Positions 15,101 to 31,284 of a stretch of DNA of 64,000 bases are shown here, one piece after another. Below the pieces are notes generated by a model. That model did no database searches. It was given only the letters and a program-made list of their open reading frames with translations, and had not been told where the DNA came from. The translations under genes were made by a program, and so were the position numbers. The stretch comes from the human T2T-CHM13v2.0 reference genome, Homo sapiens, in the NCBI RefSeq assembly GCF_009914755.1, contig NC_060935.1; one strand, given 5' to 3'. The number at the start of each line of letters is the position of its first letter. The first letter of the stretch is position 1.

Positions 15101-15667
15101 TGTACTAGTGTGAGAAGCATGCAATAAACAAACAGAAATGTGCTGGGGAGAAGTATATGGCAGGATAATGAGATAGAGAATCGTATGATACATCTTGGGT
15201 GATGTATGCTTTATTGCTTTGTATTTTACTGAAGATTTTTTATTGTATTTTAATACCAGGAAGTAGTAGAAAAATCTTGAATTCCTGAAAAGGAGAAAGT
15301 GGTTCATTTAGAAAAAGGAAAGGAATCACAAGGAGACAGCAGGCTTGGGAGGCTGGGAACGTTAAAGAGCTTTCATACTTTCTTCATTGGTTGGTTGAAG
15401 GCAGACCCTACTAATTACGAGAACATCCAAAGTGCTAAGGAAGAACTCTAATTAGAACTTATTTAGAAAGAGCATACCAATATCTTAAGAATTGTCTGCA
15501 AGTTAAAATAAAGCAAAAATCCTCCATTTCCTTCTTTAAGTGTTCATATCAAAATGTATCAAAATGATTGTAGGCATGCAGTTAATGGAGCTCTACAAAA
15601 ATACAGGAGATATGCAGATAGATTGCCCTTTTCTCACTAAAAAGCAACCAGGATATACCTAGAGGCC

Positions 15668-15690
15668 AAAAAAAAAAAAAAAAAAAAAAA
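15668..15690. repeat. Poly(A)23 tract
   Basis: Homopolymer run. Confidence 0.95.
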
Positions 15691-18198
15691 CCCCAGCTTT
15701 CAAAATATGAGGATCCTATTCAATTTTGTGTTTAAACATAAGATAATTTTTTTCCTCTATCAAATTTTATTCTTTTCCACAGTGTATTATGTACACTTGA
15801 ATTAAATGTGTAAATAGGATTATTTATGCTGTCCTGAATACAGTAATTGAAATTAAACTGATGCCAAATTGCAATTTAGGATCACACTGAATCTCATAGA
15901 ATTAACATTATGCTGAATTGTTTTTGGGCAGGCAAACATTTACAGAGATATACACCTTGATCAAGTATGCCTCAGAAACCTTCAGGACTTGATACCAGTG
16001 TTAAAAAGATAATTTTGGAATATTTCTAAATATTCCCTGAAATCAACAAGATCATGGAAAAATATCTTTCATTAAAGTGGTAGTTGTTACACTATATCCG
16101 ATATAAAACCTGGTTTTCCATCCCTGACTTGGATATATTTCTTTTTCCCCTCCTTATTTCTCATGTCGACACCATCTTGATGCTGTGTAAAAGGCAAATG
16201 AAAATGCACAATCTACTGTAATCAAACTTCATTATTGATTCTCTTACAAAAACCTTATTTGGGAGAAGTATTATGGAAATTTAAAAGCATATATGATTGA
16301 CCCTGACACTGTGGGAACTTTCAATTCAATTTTTCAATCAAAAAATGACCTGGATTATTCAATTTTTGAATCGAAATAAGTATAGACATATAAAATTTTA
16401 TATCTGCAAGTTATACTATAAAGCCATGTGCTCCAATTATATAATTTCATACATGAGAAAACATATATAAACCACACAAAAGCATAATTTTAAGTTCTAG
16501 CAGAGCTGCAAATTGAACTAGGAACTGATAATTTCAGGTTGTCCATTTAGAGTTGGGTAGAATCAACTAAAGGACGCTTCTTGCAGGAAGGTAATTTTCT
16601 TACTGAAGTGAAATCTCTGTACAAGACAACGATAAATGTACAATATGCAGAGTTTGACAAATGTGTATGTTTATGTAACAAGCATTTCAGTCTAGGTAGA
16701 GCATTTCCATTCTGGAAAATTTTCTAGTGCTCCGTAGAAAACCACTATTCTGCTTTCTCTTACTATACTTAAATTTTGCCTGCTCTTGTACTGTATAAAT
16801 GAAATTATATAGTATCTACTCCTTTGTGTCTGGATTTTTGATCAATATATTGGGTTTGAAATTCATTTATGTTCTTAGTATTTCATTTGTTTATTCATAT
16901 TCTTATTGATAAACATTTGAGAGTTTTTAATTATTGGCAACATAAGATAAATGCCTTGCCTATAGAGTTGATGCATATTTAACTTTATAAGAAAGTGCCA
17001 AACAGTTTTTCAAAGTGCCTTTACCATTTTAGTTTCTTATTTGCAATGAATCAGTCTCCACTTACTCCCTATTCTTACCAATACTTGGTGTTTTGGGCCT
17101 TTTTGATTTTAGCTATAATAGTGAGTGTGAAATAGTATCATATTATAGTTTAATTTGAGTTTTTCTGTCAGCAGAGTTCAAGAACCTTTTAATGTTCTTA
17201 TTAATAATTTGGATATTTTCTTTTGTCAGGTATCTGTTCAAATTTTTTACCCATTTAAAACATTGGCCTGTGTGTTTTTTTATTGATTTGTAGAAATTTT
17301 TTCCATATTCTGTCAGATACAAGTATCTTAATGTTTTCTCCAAGTGTAAGGCTTACATTTTGGCCTTTTGAATGGTGTATTTTGGTGAGCAGAAGTTTTA
17401 ATTGGAATAAACGCCAATTAATAACTGATTCAAGCTTTTTGGATCATCTCTCAGAAATCTCTGTTTACCAAATGCCATTGATATGTTAGTGTTTGGTATC
17501 TTAGAAAAGACTCCAAAATTAAACTTTTATGTTTAGGTTTATTTATTGCATAATATTGCACAAAACACATCTATCTTGCTTTATTTTGAAAGGACTTCTG
17601 TAAGGTAAATATTATTATTTTTTTTCCTGAATAACTGATACAATTAAATAGCGAAATATTAATTTCCTGGACTTGGTGTGTCTTTTTTTTTTAGTTTTTG
17701 TCTTAATAAATGCAATTTCCTCAGTATATGTAGGGTTATTCAGATTTTATTTATTCTTGTGTTAATTTTGATAGTTTAATGTTTCCATGAATTTATTTCT
17801 TCTAAGCTTTGGCAGAATATTGTTCATAATACTTCTTCAATATCCTTTGTATGTGTAATGATGTTCTTCTCTAAATTCTTATTTCGTGTTTTCTCTTTTT
17901 TTTCTAGTTAGTCTTACGGGGGTATATTGATTGCACTAATGTTTCTAAAAGAATGATTTTTGTTTTTTTCTTTGTTATGAATTTTGTATTTTATTGATCT
18001 CTGCTGTTATTTTCTTTTTTTCTACCCCCTTTATGTTTGTTTTTTTTTCTCACTTATTAATGTGGAAACACATTTTTAGACCTTTGTGTTGAATAAATAA
18101 GCATTGAAACTAAACTTATTTAAGTACTTCCTTAGGTGTATTTCATAAATTTGATATGGTGCATGTTCAGTATGTCAACAAATATTTTCCCAATTTTT

Positions 18199-18481
18199 CC
18201 TTTTTTAAATTTTTCTTATTTTATTTTATTTTTCCATAAGTTATTAGAGTGCAGGTGGTATTTGGTTACATGAGTAAGTTCTTTAGTGGTGATCTGTGAG
18301 ATTTTGGTGCACCCAACACCTGAACAGTATATACTGCAGCATATTTTATTGCATTTGCCTTGGGGTATTGGGTCATGAAATCTTTACCTAAGCCAAAGTC
18401 TAGAAGGGTTTTTCCAATGTTATCTTCTAGAATTTTTATAGTTTCAGGTCTTAGGTTTAAGTCCTTAATCCATGTTGAGCT
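18199..18481 (-). mobile_element. L1PB (PB1-like) 3' segment of a twin-primed insertion, with internal deletion
   Basis: T-rich tail, ccataagttatt..gcaggtggtatttggttacatgagtaagttctttagtggtg 3' end fused directly to antisense ORF2 at about 18346. Confidence 0.9.
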
Positions 18482-19422
18482 TTAATAGATGCAGAAAAAG
18501 CATTTGACAAAATCCAGCATCCTTTTATGATTAAAACCCTCAACAAAGTCTGCATACAAGGGACATACCTTAATATAATAAAAACCGTCTATGAGAAAAC
18601 CACAGCCAACATAATATTGAATAGGGAAAAGTTGAAAGCATTCCCTCTGAGAAGGGGAACAAGACAAGCACACCCATTCTCACCACTCCTCTTCAACATA
18701 GTACTGGAACTCCTAGCCAGAGCAATTGGACAAGAGAAAGAAATAAAGGGCGTCCAAATCGGTAAAGAAGAAGTCATACTGTTCTTGTTTGCTGACGATA
18801 TGCTCGTTTACCTTGAAAACCCTAAGGACTCCTCCAGCAAGCTCCTAGAACTGATAAAAGAATTTGCAAAATTTCTGGATGCAAGATTAATATGCACAAA
18901 ACAGTAGCTCTTCTATACACCAACAGTGACCAAGCAGACAATCAAATCAAGAACTCAACCCCTTTTACAAAAGCTGCAAAAAAAATAATAAAATACTTAG
19001 AAATATACCTAACCAAGGAGGTGAAAGACCTCTACAAGGAAAACTACAGAACACTGCTGAAATAAATCATGGAAGACACAAACAAATGGAAACACATCCC
19101 ATGCTCATGGATGGGTAGAATCAATATTGTGAAAATGACCAAACTGCCAAAAGCAATCTGCAAATTCAATGCAATTCCCATCAAAATACCACCATCATTC
19201 TTCACAGAGTTAGAAAAAACAATTCTAAAATTCATGTGGAACCAAAAAAGAGCCTGCATAGCCAAAGCAAGACTAAGCAAAAAGAACAAATCTGGAAGTG
19301 TCACACTACCTGATTTCAAACTATACTATAAGGCTATAGTCACCAAACAGCGTGGTACTGATGTAAAAATAGGCACATAGACCAATGGAACAGAATAGAG
19401 AACTCAGAAATAAACCCAAATA
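18482..19422 (+). mobile_element. L1PB inverted 5' segment (ORF2 RT region)
   Basis: ORFs 18527-18907 (..LFADDM..) and 19069-19380 ([18 protein letters not shown]) are L1 ORF2; TSD caaatattttcc(c/t)aattttt at 18179-18198 and 19417-19436. Confidence 0.92.
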
Positions 19423-21682
19423 TTTTCCTAATTTTTAATTTCCTCTCTAAGCAATTATTGACTTAATATTATGTTGTTTAATGTTCCAATATTTGAAGCT
19501 TTCTAGGTATGTTATTATTTATTTCTAATTTAGTTCTTTAGTGTCAGAATTTTTTTCCATAGATTTTTAATACTTTAAAATGTATTGATACATGTTTTAT
19601 GGGTCAGAATACAGTCTTTCTTTGTGAATATGCCATGTTAACTTGAAAAGTAAAAGTTGTTTTAGTGTTCTATAAATGTCAATTAGATGAATTTGGTTAG
19701 TAATATATGAATCTTTGAAATCCTCTTGATCCTTTTTTCTACCTCTATCAATTGCTCATCAGGAGTGTTATAATCATGAACTTATGGATTTGGCAATCTC
19801 TTTTTTTATTTAAGTCACATTTGCTTTATATACTTTGAAGCTCTGATGTATACATATTCGGGATTGTTATGTTTTGCTGATGAATTAACTCTTTTAACAT
19901 TATGATATCTCTTTTAAAAAAATCACTGCAAGTACTGCTTGCTTAAGTTTATTTTTTTGATGTTAATACATGCTTACCAGCTTTCTAAAGATCTAATAAT
20001 ATATGTTTTTCTATCCTTTTATCTTTTGTGTCCTTATATTTAAAGTGCAGGTTTTTTTGGACAGCATATAGTTAGGTCTTGATTATTGTATTCAGTCTAT
20101 TTCTACCTTTTGTGTTTATTTAATTATTGATAGTTTTATTTGTCTGTCATCATTCTATTTGTGTCAATTTTTCTGCTGCCTTTTTTGCCTTTGTTTTAAT
20201 TGAATGCTTTTAAATATTCTATCTCAATATCTTTATTATATTTTAACTTATAATCTATTCCTCTTATTACCTTTTTAATTACTGTAAATATTATAACATG
20301 CACTCTTTTAAAAATCATAATCTATTTAGAGTTACTATTGTACCTCACCACTTAAAATATAAGAACACTGAGTAGCATAAATATACCTACCCAAACTAAT
20401 AATATTTTTGTAATATACTTTATTTTTACATACATATGAACCCTATAGCACGATGTTATTTTTACTCTTAACAACCAATTTTCTTTTAAAAAATTAAGTA
20501 AAATAATATTGTCTTTAAATTACCCACATCTGTAATTTTTGGCACTGTCTTCTTTCCTTCAGATCTGAATTTCCATCTTGTGTCTTTGCCTTTCAGTTTG
20601 AAGACCTTCTTTTAGATTATCTTCTGATGAAAAGTGTTCTTAGCTTTTATTTATTTGCCTTAAAATATGTTATTTCATCTTTTTCTGAGGGATATTTTCA
20701 TTAGAATTTAGGCTCCACAGTGTTTTTTTCTCATTTTCTTTGTTGCTGTAAAGATGCCGTTAATTTTATTTGGCTTCCTTTCTTCCTCCTTAATGAGGAA
20801 TTATTTGTTATTCTTGTCATTGTTCTCCTGATTGTAATATATATGTGTTCCCTTGCTTAGGCTGCTTTTATGATTTACTCTGTTCTTTATCTTTGGTTTT
20901 CAGCAGTTTGTTTATGACATGAATAAAGTGTGGTTTTCTGATTGTAAGATCCATAGATTATTGTATTTTCATCAAATTTGGGAAACTTTGGCAAGTGCAA
21001 CCTTGATTTTTTTTTTTTTTTTCCTGCTCCATTCCAGCTTTTCTTTACTTTCAAGACTCCGGTTGTGGGTAATTAAACCACCTTTATTGTCTACAGTGAC
21101 ACTTTGTTCGTTTCGTGTTTCTATTTTTTCCCCTCTCTTCTTCTGGTAGGATGATTTCTACTAATCTGCCTTCATATTTATAGACCTTCTCTTCTGCCAT
21201 CATTAATCTATTATTAAAGCCATCTATTTTAAAAATTTAGATGTTGTACTTTTCCACAATAGTTTCATTTGTTTCTTTTTATGGTTTCTCTTACTCTGCT
21301 GATATTTCCCTCTTATTCACTAATTAGGTCTCTTGTCTCAGTTATTGACTATGTTTAGATAGATCTTTTAAAGTTCTTGACTTCCATTTCCAACATCTTA
21401 GTCTTCTTAGTCTGTTTCTATTGCTGCCATTCTTCTTGGTAATTGGCCCCTTCTCCTGCTTCTTAGATTGTGTAATTTTTTATTTTATGCTGGACACTGT
21501 AGACTAAAATATGTGTGTCTACTTTATGTTGTCTTCCTTTAAAAGTTATTGGGCTTTGCTCTGAAAGGCTGTTAAAATTATTGGTAAACTATCTGGGTCC
21601 GAAAAGCTTGGTTTTATTCCCCATTAGACAATATATGTTTCCATTTTATCATTAATTCTAGGACATGTACCTTACTTGAGGG

Positions 21683-23102
21683 CAGCAGTTCTCAAACATT
21701 TTAATGTTAGGATCCCTTTAGTCTCTTAAAATTTACTGAGCACTTGAAAGAGCTTTTTTATGCGAGTTATCTCTACCAATGTGTACTGTATTAGAAATTA
21801 AAACTGAGAAATTTGGAAATACTTCATTACAAATATATTAAACATAACAGCAATAAATGCATTAAATGTTAACAAATACTTTAATGAAAAGTAACTATAT
21901 TTTCCAAAGCAAAAATTTAGTGGGGAAAGTAGCATTGGTCTCTTTTGAAAACTAATTTAATATCTGGCTCTATGGAAAACAGTGGTCTATCTAGTTTTGC
22001 AATCGATTTGTTGCCTTGGTTATCATATGTGAAAAAAAAATCCAGACTCATACAGATATGTAGTTTGAAAAGTGATGAGAATTCTAATAGCTTTTCCATA
22101 TAAATGAAGATATTTCCCTTTGATACCAACCAAAACATCACAAGTAGTAATTTCTTAGAAGTTGGTTACAAAATGGAATATGAAACCATATCAACACCTT
22201 TTGGTTTTCTGACATGTTAAAATCCACTGGGCTGTCTTGTAGTTTTAATAGCTTTTTCCCCCATACAGGATTTTGTAACACTGTGTATTGATAATTTGGT
22301 AAACGTTGGTTCATGAGTTATAAAGGTCTTCCAAATGTTGACACATTTTATTATATAATATCAGAAATTTATATTCACCAGTGTCATTAGAAAAATCATT
22401 AAGTATGGGAAATTGTCATGCTTATGGAAGCAGATACAAGTTTTCCTAAATTATAATTTTTACTTGAAAGCTGAGTATTTCTTATTGACTACAAATACTA
22501 TCAGTTGTTTTCCTGAAGATACAGGCTTACTTTATAAAGTTCTGAGAAAACATCTACAAAGTATCTAAATCTGAATAATCAACTATTTGGTTAATTATTC
22601 TTTCAAGTAAAAATGGTGTTCTTTAAAAACAACATTTAGGTGAACTTGCAAATAAAATTATTATCTGAATGCTTTTTCTTCAGATAGCTACTGTATTTTG
22701 GCATGTAGCAGAAGTGCTTTGTGCATATACAAAGACTGTTAATAAAATACATATTCCTAGCACCAAAATTTAATACAATTAAGAAATTATACTGCTTCAT
22801 CAAGAATATTCTTATGTTGAACTGAAAAAATGTATATAGTGATGATAATAATAATAATTTTGTACTGTTATTTCATTGCAGTAAGGAATATAATGCTATT
22901 AGCAGATTTTGGTGCTGAGGATGGTTTTAAATTATGAGAAGTTCTAATCACTTGTTATTCTCCTTCATCAGTGTAAATGTTAACACGGGAGAAAAGGGAA
23001 TAATGTGTTAGTATTATTATGAAAATATTATGGTGACTTTGTGTATCCCCCAAGCTTCTAGTGACCCATTAGAAGCTGGGGAACTCACTTTGAGAACAAC
23101 AG
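21683..23102 (-). mobile_element. hAT DNA transposon Charlie1a-like (about 1.4 kb, non-autonomous)
   Basis: Terminal inverted repeats cagcagttctcaaa / tttgagaacaacag; subterminal ttagtattattatgaaaata matches the Charlie1 end in reverse. Confidence 0.8.
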
Positions 23103-24641
23103 CTCTCGAAAATAATCTTTAATCCTAAAATGTGGCCTTTCTGCCATCAACTGAATGCCTGGCGTGCTCAGAAAGCTCTTTTCACTTTGGCTGGAATGCT
23201 AACACTTCCCAGTGCTGTTGGGATTTAAATTTTATTAAAATTTCTGTTTGGCTCTCACCTTTGCAGCAGTCATTCTTGTCACCACAGAGTCTAGCTAAAT
23301 TCAATTATTGATCCTGATGTGTGGTGAAACTACACATAAAATCCTGCCACCCATCCAAACTTCTCCCACTTTACAGCCCTAAATTCCAGCAACTTCATTA
23401 GATCTAGACTCTTATCTTTGCCTCTTCAGCTCAGTGAGACTGCAGTGCCTAGCATAGAAGTCCTGTAAGTGGCAGAAAGCAAAAAGAATGTGGTGATGGT
23501 AGTGGGGCTGACATATGTTTTCCTTCTCTCAAGTATTAGAGTCCGAAGCTGCCTGCTATCCAGTATCTGAAAACATTTGCTTTATATTTTTTGTCCTGTT
23601 TCATAGTTGCTTGTAGCATGAGGTAAGTGCAGTAACCGGTATTGCCATGATGTGGCCAGAATGGGAAGATCAGAATATATTTGGGGTGGGGGTGGGTGTG
23701 GAGTGTATCTACAAAGTCATGTGACATATTTACTAATATATACACACACATACAGGAAAAGTTGCAAAATAAGTTGTGTGAAAGAAATTTCACACAACTT
23801 TTACTTGACAGACATGTTTGCTTACTTGACAGAAACATTTCAAATGTGTGTTTTCTACCTCAATTACTACTTTCTGGCAATATATTTCATAATAATTGGT
23901 ACTAACACAAGAAAAATGAAGAAAGAGCAATTTTCTTTGAATCTTGGTAAATTAAGCCAGCAGAAAAATGATCCATCTTTCTAATCTACAAAAGAGCAAT
24001 GCTAATGACAAGTTTTAAATTTTCATGTAGTGGTAAAGTTAGGTAGTTGACAGTAGAGTCTATTACTAAATCTGATATTAGGTACTATAGTGGTAATACA
24101 AATTCTAGGACTAAGCTTAACATAGTATGTATACAGGAGATGAGTAAGAAACATTTTAATGGTGTTTAGAGTATGGTTGTCCTTTCAGGCTTCAAGTGTT
24201 GAGTTGATTAATTACTTAACATGCTGTGCACAATAACCTAAGATACCTGTTAGATTACCTTAAATTTGAAGAACAAATATAGTAAGATTATTGTCTTTTG
24301 AAACTGAAAGTTCAAGTGCAAGTTCAAAAACAACAGTGAATGATCATAGGTGGGAAGTTTATTCCTTAGCATAAATTAACAAAGTGTCCACCATGTTCTG
24401 GGGGCTATGGAGGCGGGGGCATTTCAGAGAGAGTATCATTCCTTTTCCATGAGTCTGGTAAATAAGATGCATAAGCAACAGATTACAAGAGAATGAGAAA
24501 TGCTTTTTCAGAGGTTTGTATTTGGCATATTGAGTGTAAGACAAGATTGTCTTTCTGAGGGGCTTACAAACAGCTCCAGAGAAGCAATGGAAATTGAATT
24601 GAACATTGAAAACTAAGTAGATTTAGAAGGTTAAAAGGTAA

Positions 24642-25282
24642 TGAAGCAGTGACATTGTCTGGGGTAATAGCTGAGGTTCTTTGCTTCGTGCCAGGAAAAT
24701 TAAGGACACAGGACACACACAAGGAGTGAGTTTAAGAGAGGAAGTTTAATAAGCAAAAGAAAGAGAAAGGAAAACCACTCTCTCTTGCGAGAGAGAGAGA
24801 CACTTGAATGGAATTCTGGCCTGTGGTGGAGTGCACCGGATATTATAGACAGGCTTGAAAGGTGGTGTCTGATGTACATAGGAACCACAGATTGGTTGGA
24901 CCAAATGTGATGTTTAATTAGCCCTTGGGGAAGCTGGCCACCCCACCCTAATCTTTTTATTATGCAAAGGGGCTTTCCACTTGGCAGGCACCATGTTGTC
25001 TGCTCCCTACCGCATGTGTGGTTGGAAAGGAAAAGGGAAGATGGAGCCACCATTTTGAACATGCCTAGTCCCAGGTAGCCTTTTCCTGTTGGCACAACTG
25101 CTGGCATTCACCCATGCAAGCTTCTAGCCTGCTTGTCTATGTCTGCAGCTCGATTTTACAGGCTGCTCTTTGTTAGAAAAGAAAATGATTTGAGGGCTGC
25201 TTTTCATTAAAAGGAAAACCGTAGCAAGAACTCCCATACCCTCACTATCTGCCTAAATAATTTCTCCTTAACTCCTATATCA
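24642..25282 (-). mobile_element. ERV1-class solo LTR (LTR9/LTR9B-like)
   Basis: Minus strand begins TGATATAGGAGTTAAGGAGAAATTATTTAGGCAGATAGTGAGG and ends ..gcttCA; perfect 4-bp TSD GTAA (24638-41, 25283-86). Confidence 0.85.
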
Positions 25283-25379
25283 GTAAGAAAAGATATTTCA
25301 ATACTAGGGATGAAAGGAACAAAACTATGAAACCAAAAGGAATTCTTGTTTGGGGAACTCTCAACAGACCAATGAGCAA

Positions 25380-26045
25380 ATCATAGGAGATGATACCAAA
25401 ATGTTGGATTCAAATTGAAGGGGTCTTGCAGATCATGCTAAGGAGTTTAGCTTAATTCTGTAGGCAGGGAGAGCCAAATATTGAAAGTATCCAATGTGAT
25501 TAGATTCCTTTATAACTTGCCTGCCAAGTAATACCTATTCATTGAATTATTCAGCAAATATTAATTAAACATTCACTGAGTATTAGGCATTGCATTAGAA
25601 ACAGGGGATAGAACAGTGATTAATCCAGTCATTGTCCTTCTCCTTCTAGAACTTATTATCTAGTAGAAGAGACAATTGAAGAATTACAATATAATGTGCT
25701 AATGGCTAAGATACAGGGAGGGCTAGGTGCATTTTAGCAAAAGCTAAGAAAATCTGATGATGGCAAGGAGGGGAGGACACAGGTTAGGGAGAATCTTTTG
25801 GGGAAAGTCATGTCTAGGTTGAAACAGTGGGATGAAGCTGTTAACTAGAATGGACAGATGGATGACAGCCTTGGTGCCAGAAAGAACTTGGAGCAAGGAA
25901 CTGAAAGGTGATCTGAATGGCTGGAGTATCTCTGAGTGATTCATGACATATGAGGTACAATGTTAGGAAGATTATTTTCTTCATGATAACAGTAGCAGAA
26001 AGCTATAGAAGGGTGTTAAGCTTGAGAACAATCTAATTGTATTAA
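25380..26045 (-). mobile_element. L2 fragments (host of the L1PA insertion; continue at 27762-28165)
   Basis: catgctaaggagtttagc; attcattgaattattcagcaaatatt L2 tail; purine-rich antisense L2 body. Confidence 0.65.
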
Positions 26046-26047
26046 CA

Positions 26048-28165
<2,118 letters not shown>

Positions 28166-28869
28166 TATTCCCTCCCCCAACCCCTCCCCCACACTTGAGA
28201 TTTGTTTGCATGTAAATAAATTATGGAAATTCAGAGCAAGGCATACTTTGTGTTTATCCATATTCTAGGTGAAACAAACCTATCTTAGCTTTCATGCTGA
28301 CAGGTCTGCTAATTTCCTTATCTCTTTCTCGTTGATGACAAACATAATCTCAGTTCATGCTCAGTGATCTGAAATAAACTGTGAATAAAAATGTTTTGGT
28401 ATGTTCGCAGGGACAAACAAGTTGTGGGTTTTAAACACACAGTAACAATCTGATCAATGGCTAGCAAAGTAGCAAAGTCATTTTATCATAATAAAAAGTA
28501 TCTCTGCTTCTTCAGGTGTTGATGTCTTCTAATCAAGCTACTGCAATGAAGATATTTACTGAATTGCAGCAGCTTCTCAGAGAAGTAAAATAAAGATTTA
28601 TTAGGTAACAAATTTGTCAACATATGATCATGGCAGCTGTTCAACATAGACCTCCCACTTTAAGTTCATGTTATTGGGAGACTGCCAAGCATCTGTAAAA
28701 GGAAAGAAACAGTGCTCCTGAATCCTATCCTTACACACACAGTGTATCCTGATTGTTCCATGCGATTTGCAGCTCTCTTGCTTCCAATCTGGTCTAGCTC
28801 CTGTATTTTCAAGTGACTCCATTTAACTGCTCCTGTAGCTCTTCATTTATTGCATGATGCTGTAGAAAT

Positions 28870-29022
28870 AGTATAAACAGATCTGAGTTTGGGCAAGTCA
28901 GCTTCCTTATCTGGAAGATGGAGATAGTATTCTCCTTGAGCATGTGTTGTGAGCTGAATAAAATAGGGTAAAGTGCTGTGTGTAAAATGTGTGTGTTGTA
29001 TTTTATAGGCACTTAGCAAATA
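28870..29022 (+). mobile_element. MIR fragment
   Basis: ttgggcaagtcagcttccttatctggaagatggagatagta...gtaaagtgct. Confidence 0.6.
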
Positions 29023-31284
29023 TTTACATGCACTTGTGACTACCGCCCTTAAAACTGTTTTCTTGGAATTACGTTCTGTGAGCTGCTTCTATGAGAAACA
29101 CAGACAGAAATATGTATAGGTATTCTAGCCTGTTCCCTCTCCCTTCTCAGAAAGGAGCTAGGCGCCAAGAAAAAAAAAAATGCTGTTACAGGTTTAGAAG
29201 GATCACCAAATCTAATATCTTTAAAAAGCCATCCACTAACATTTTTGTATGATTAACTCATTCCCCGTTGATGCAGAAAGACCTGAACAGAATAAATAGC
29301 TTGTATGCATATATAATTGTTGTATTTTTCACAGTGAATTTAATGTGCCTCAATGTCAATAGTAACCAGATTTTTCAGTTGAAAATTGGAAAAACTATCA
29401 GGGTGACCCCAGAGCTTAGATTACATGGCATTTACTGTCTTTGACATGAAGAGATTAATAGAGAGCTTATTCTACTTCATCAATATAGATGATAATCTGA
29501 AAAACCATCCTGTTTTATGAATAATTTTGTGTCAATTGCTTCTAAATTAGATCTATGTTCCCCTGTGAATTCTTAATTACTATCTTTGCTCCCATCTAAT
29601 TTAAATTTAACATTTTTGTTTTCTTTGCACAAATTCTATTTTTGTAGAGCTCTGAAATGCACTTTTTAAAAGGATGTTTTTCAATGAGTCCAGATGGTAC
29701 CAATAATTATTTATTATCTTTAGCTTCCACCATTATCTGTCATCCAATCTGTGATATTATAAATCATGTTCAGTGCTCAGAGCTGCTGTAGCAATTCACT
29801 GGAAAAACGCTTGTGTAATAAGTTCAGAGGAATCCAACATATTATCGAGGTAGAACTACTTTCAAAGCTTTAATTAAAAGTCTGATGACTATACTAGCTT
29901 CGTATTAGCGTTTTATGAGTAGTTGCTTATGACTGTAATCCTTTTTGCTCGTCTCTAATTCACTGAATACCCAACTATAGTTCCATAGAACTTGTCACAG
30001 AGTGAACTGAAGTTTTACCTGTCACCAGTGTGAAACTAGGAAAAGTTAACAGCAGAAGTAATTTGCCGATTTAATAAATAAGACCCTTCAGTTAATTTTT
30101 ACTTGGAGGGGATTAGAAAGCTCTTTCTGCTGGGGGTGGGGGTGACTCACTAGATCATGGTATTCAAGGGAAGACATGACTGCTTTGTTTTTATTGTTTA
30201 CTCCAGGACCAAACCCATGTAAATGCTCAGTACATGCAATTTATTTTCAGTCCCTGGAATGATCTTCAAACCCTTGCGTGCCAGTTAAAGCGTACTTACC
30301 CAGACTATTCCTTTCAAACAGAATTAATCTTGCTATTTGAGTGTTCCCTTACCATTTTGTGATGATCTGTGATATAATACTTGTTGCATTTTTTACGATT
30401 TGTTTTCATTTATCTCTTTAAATGGTGATCACATTGAGGACAAAGCCAAGATTTTTCTCACAAATCCTCATGTCAATAGTATCTAACAGAGTAGATTGCA
30501 TATATCATGGGCTCAACAAACATCTTTTGAATTAATTACTAATCAATGTTTCTGAGAGCAGTTGATATGTATGTGTGTGCATCAGCCATAACTTGCTGTA
30601 TTATTAGGACATAGCATTTTGGTGGTCAACTAAAACTATTTTTCTTTTCTTCCTTTTTAATTTTTTTCTCTTCTTTCTCCATTACAAATTGCTATTAAAT
30701 TTGCTTCCGCTAAAATGCAGGATATAATTAATTTAAAAAATACAAATGCAGGACTTTATATTGGGTCTTGCTATTATACATTTATTTTGCTGAATGTTTC
30801 AGCCTATCAAAATATTAAAAAATAAAATCCATCAAAATTACTTTTGAATGTTTGATTTAAAAAATATTCTATGTATTTACCCAAATTGTTCAGAAGCTCC
30901 TCAATTATGAAAGCAAAAACCAAGCCACTGGAGACTTCTCTTTAGTTCTAAACAAATTTATTAATCAACTCATTGATTATATTAAGTTATCTAACTATGA
31001 ATAAGCTTAATTGTACTATATCCAGCTCAATTTCTATATGCTCCCCACAAGGATTTCATAAAAAAAAACTAAAACCTTCTTAAAATTAATTTTATATTAC
31101 AGAGTGCCAATGTCTAGTATCTCAATAGAAAACATTAAGTGACAGCAATGGAAATAGTGGCATAAGAACTTTCAAAAAATTCTCTTATAAAAAGCAATGA
31201 GAACACTAGAAAAAGTTAACAAAAATCAGTGTTTTAAGAAACCAAGGCTTATAATAATTTGTGAACATTTATTCAAGAAAAATG

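Larger units (their letters stand above)
16590..23668 (-). mobile_element. Ancient L1ME-type element spanning 3' UTR to 5' end, hosting nested L1PB and Charlie1a insertions
   Basis: L1ME 3' UTR at 16590-17000 (aaccactattctg...aatgaaattatatagtat); T-rich antisense ORF remnants; L1ME-like 5' end near 23300-23668 (ccagtatctgaaaaca...tggccagaatgggaag). Confidence 0.65.

Noticed and set aside
16324-16376. 20-bp imperfect direct repeat (attcaattttt(c/g)aatc(a/g)aaa); similar short pairs at 3481-3508 and about 44709-44740
   Set aside because: Two copies only in AT-rich sequence; ordinary local duplication, not an array or CRISPR.
18527-19380. 126-aa and 103-aa RT-like ORFs
   Set aside because: Broken L1PB ORF2 fragments in the inverted segment.
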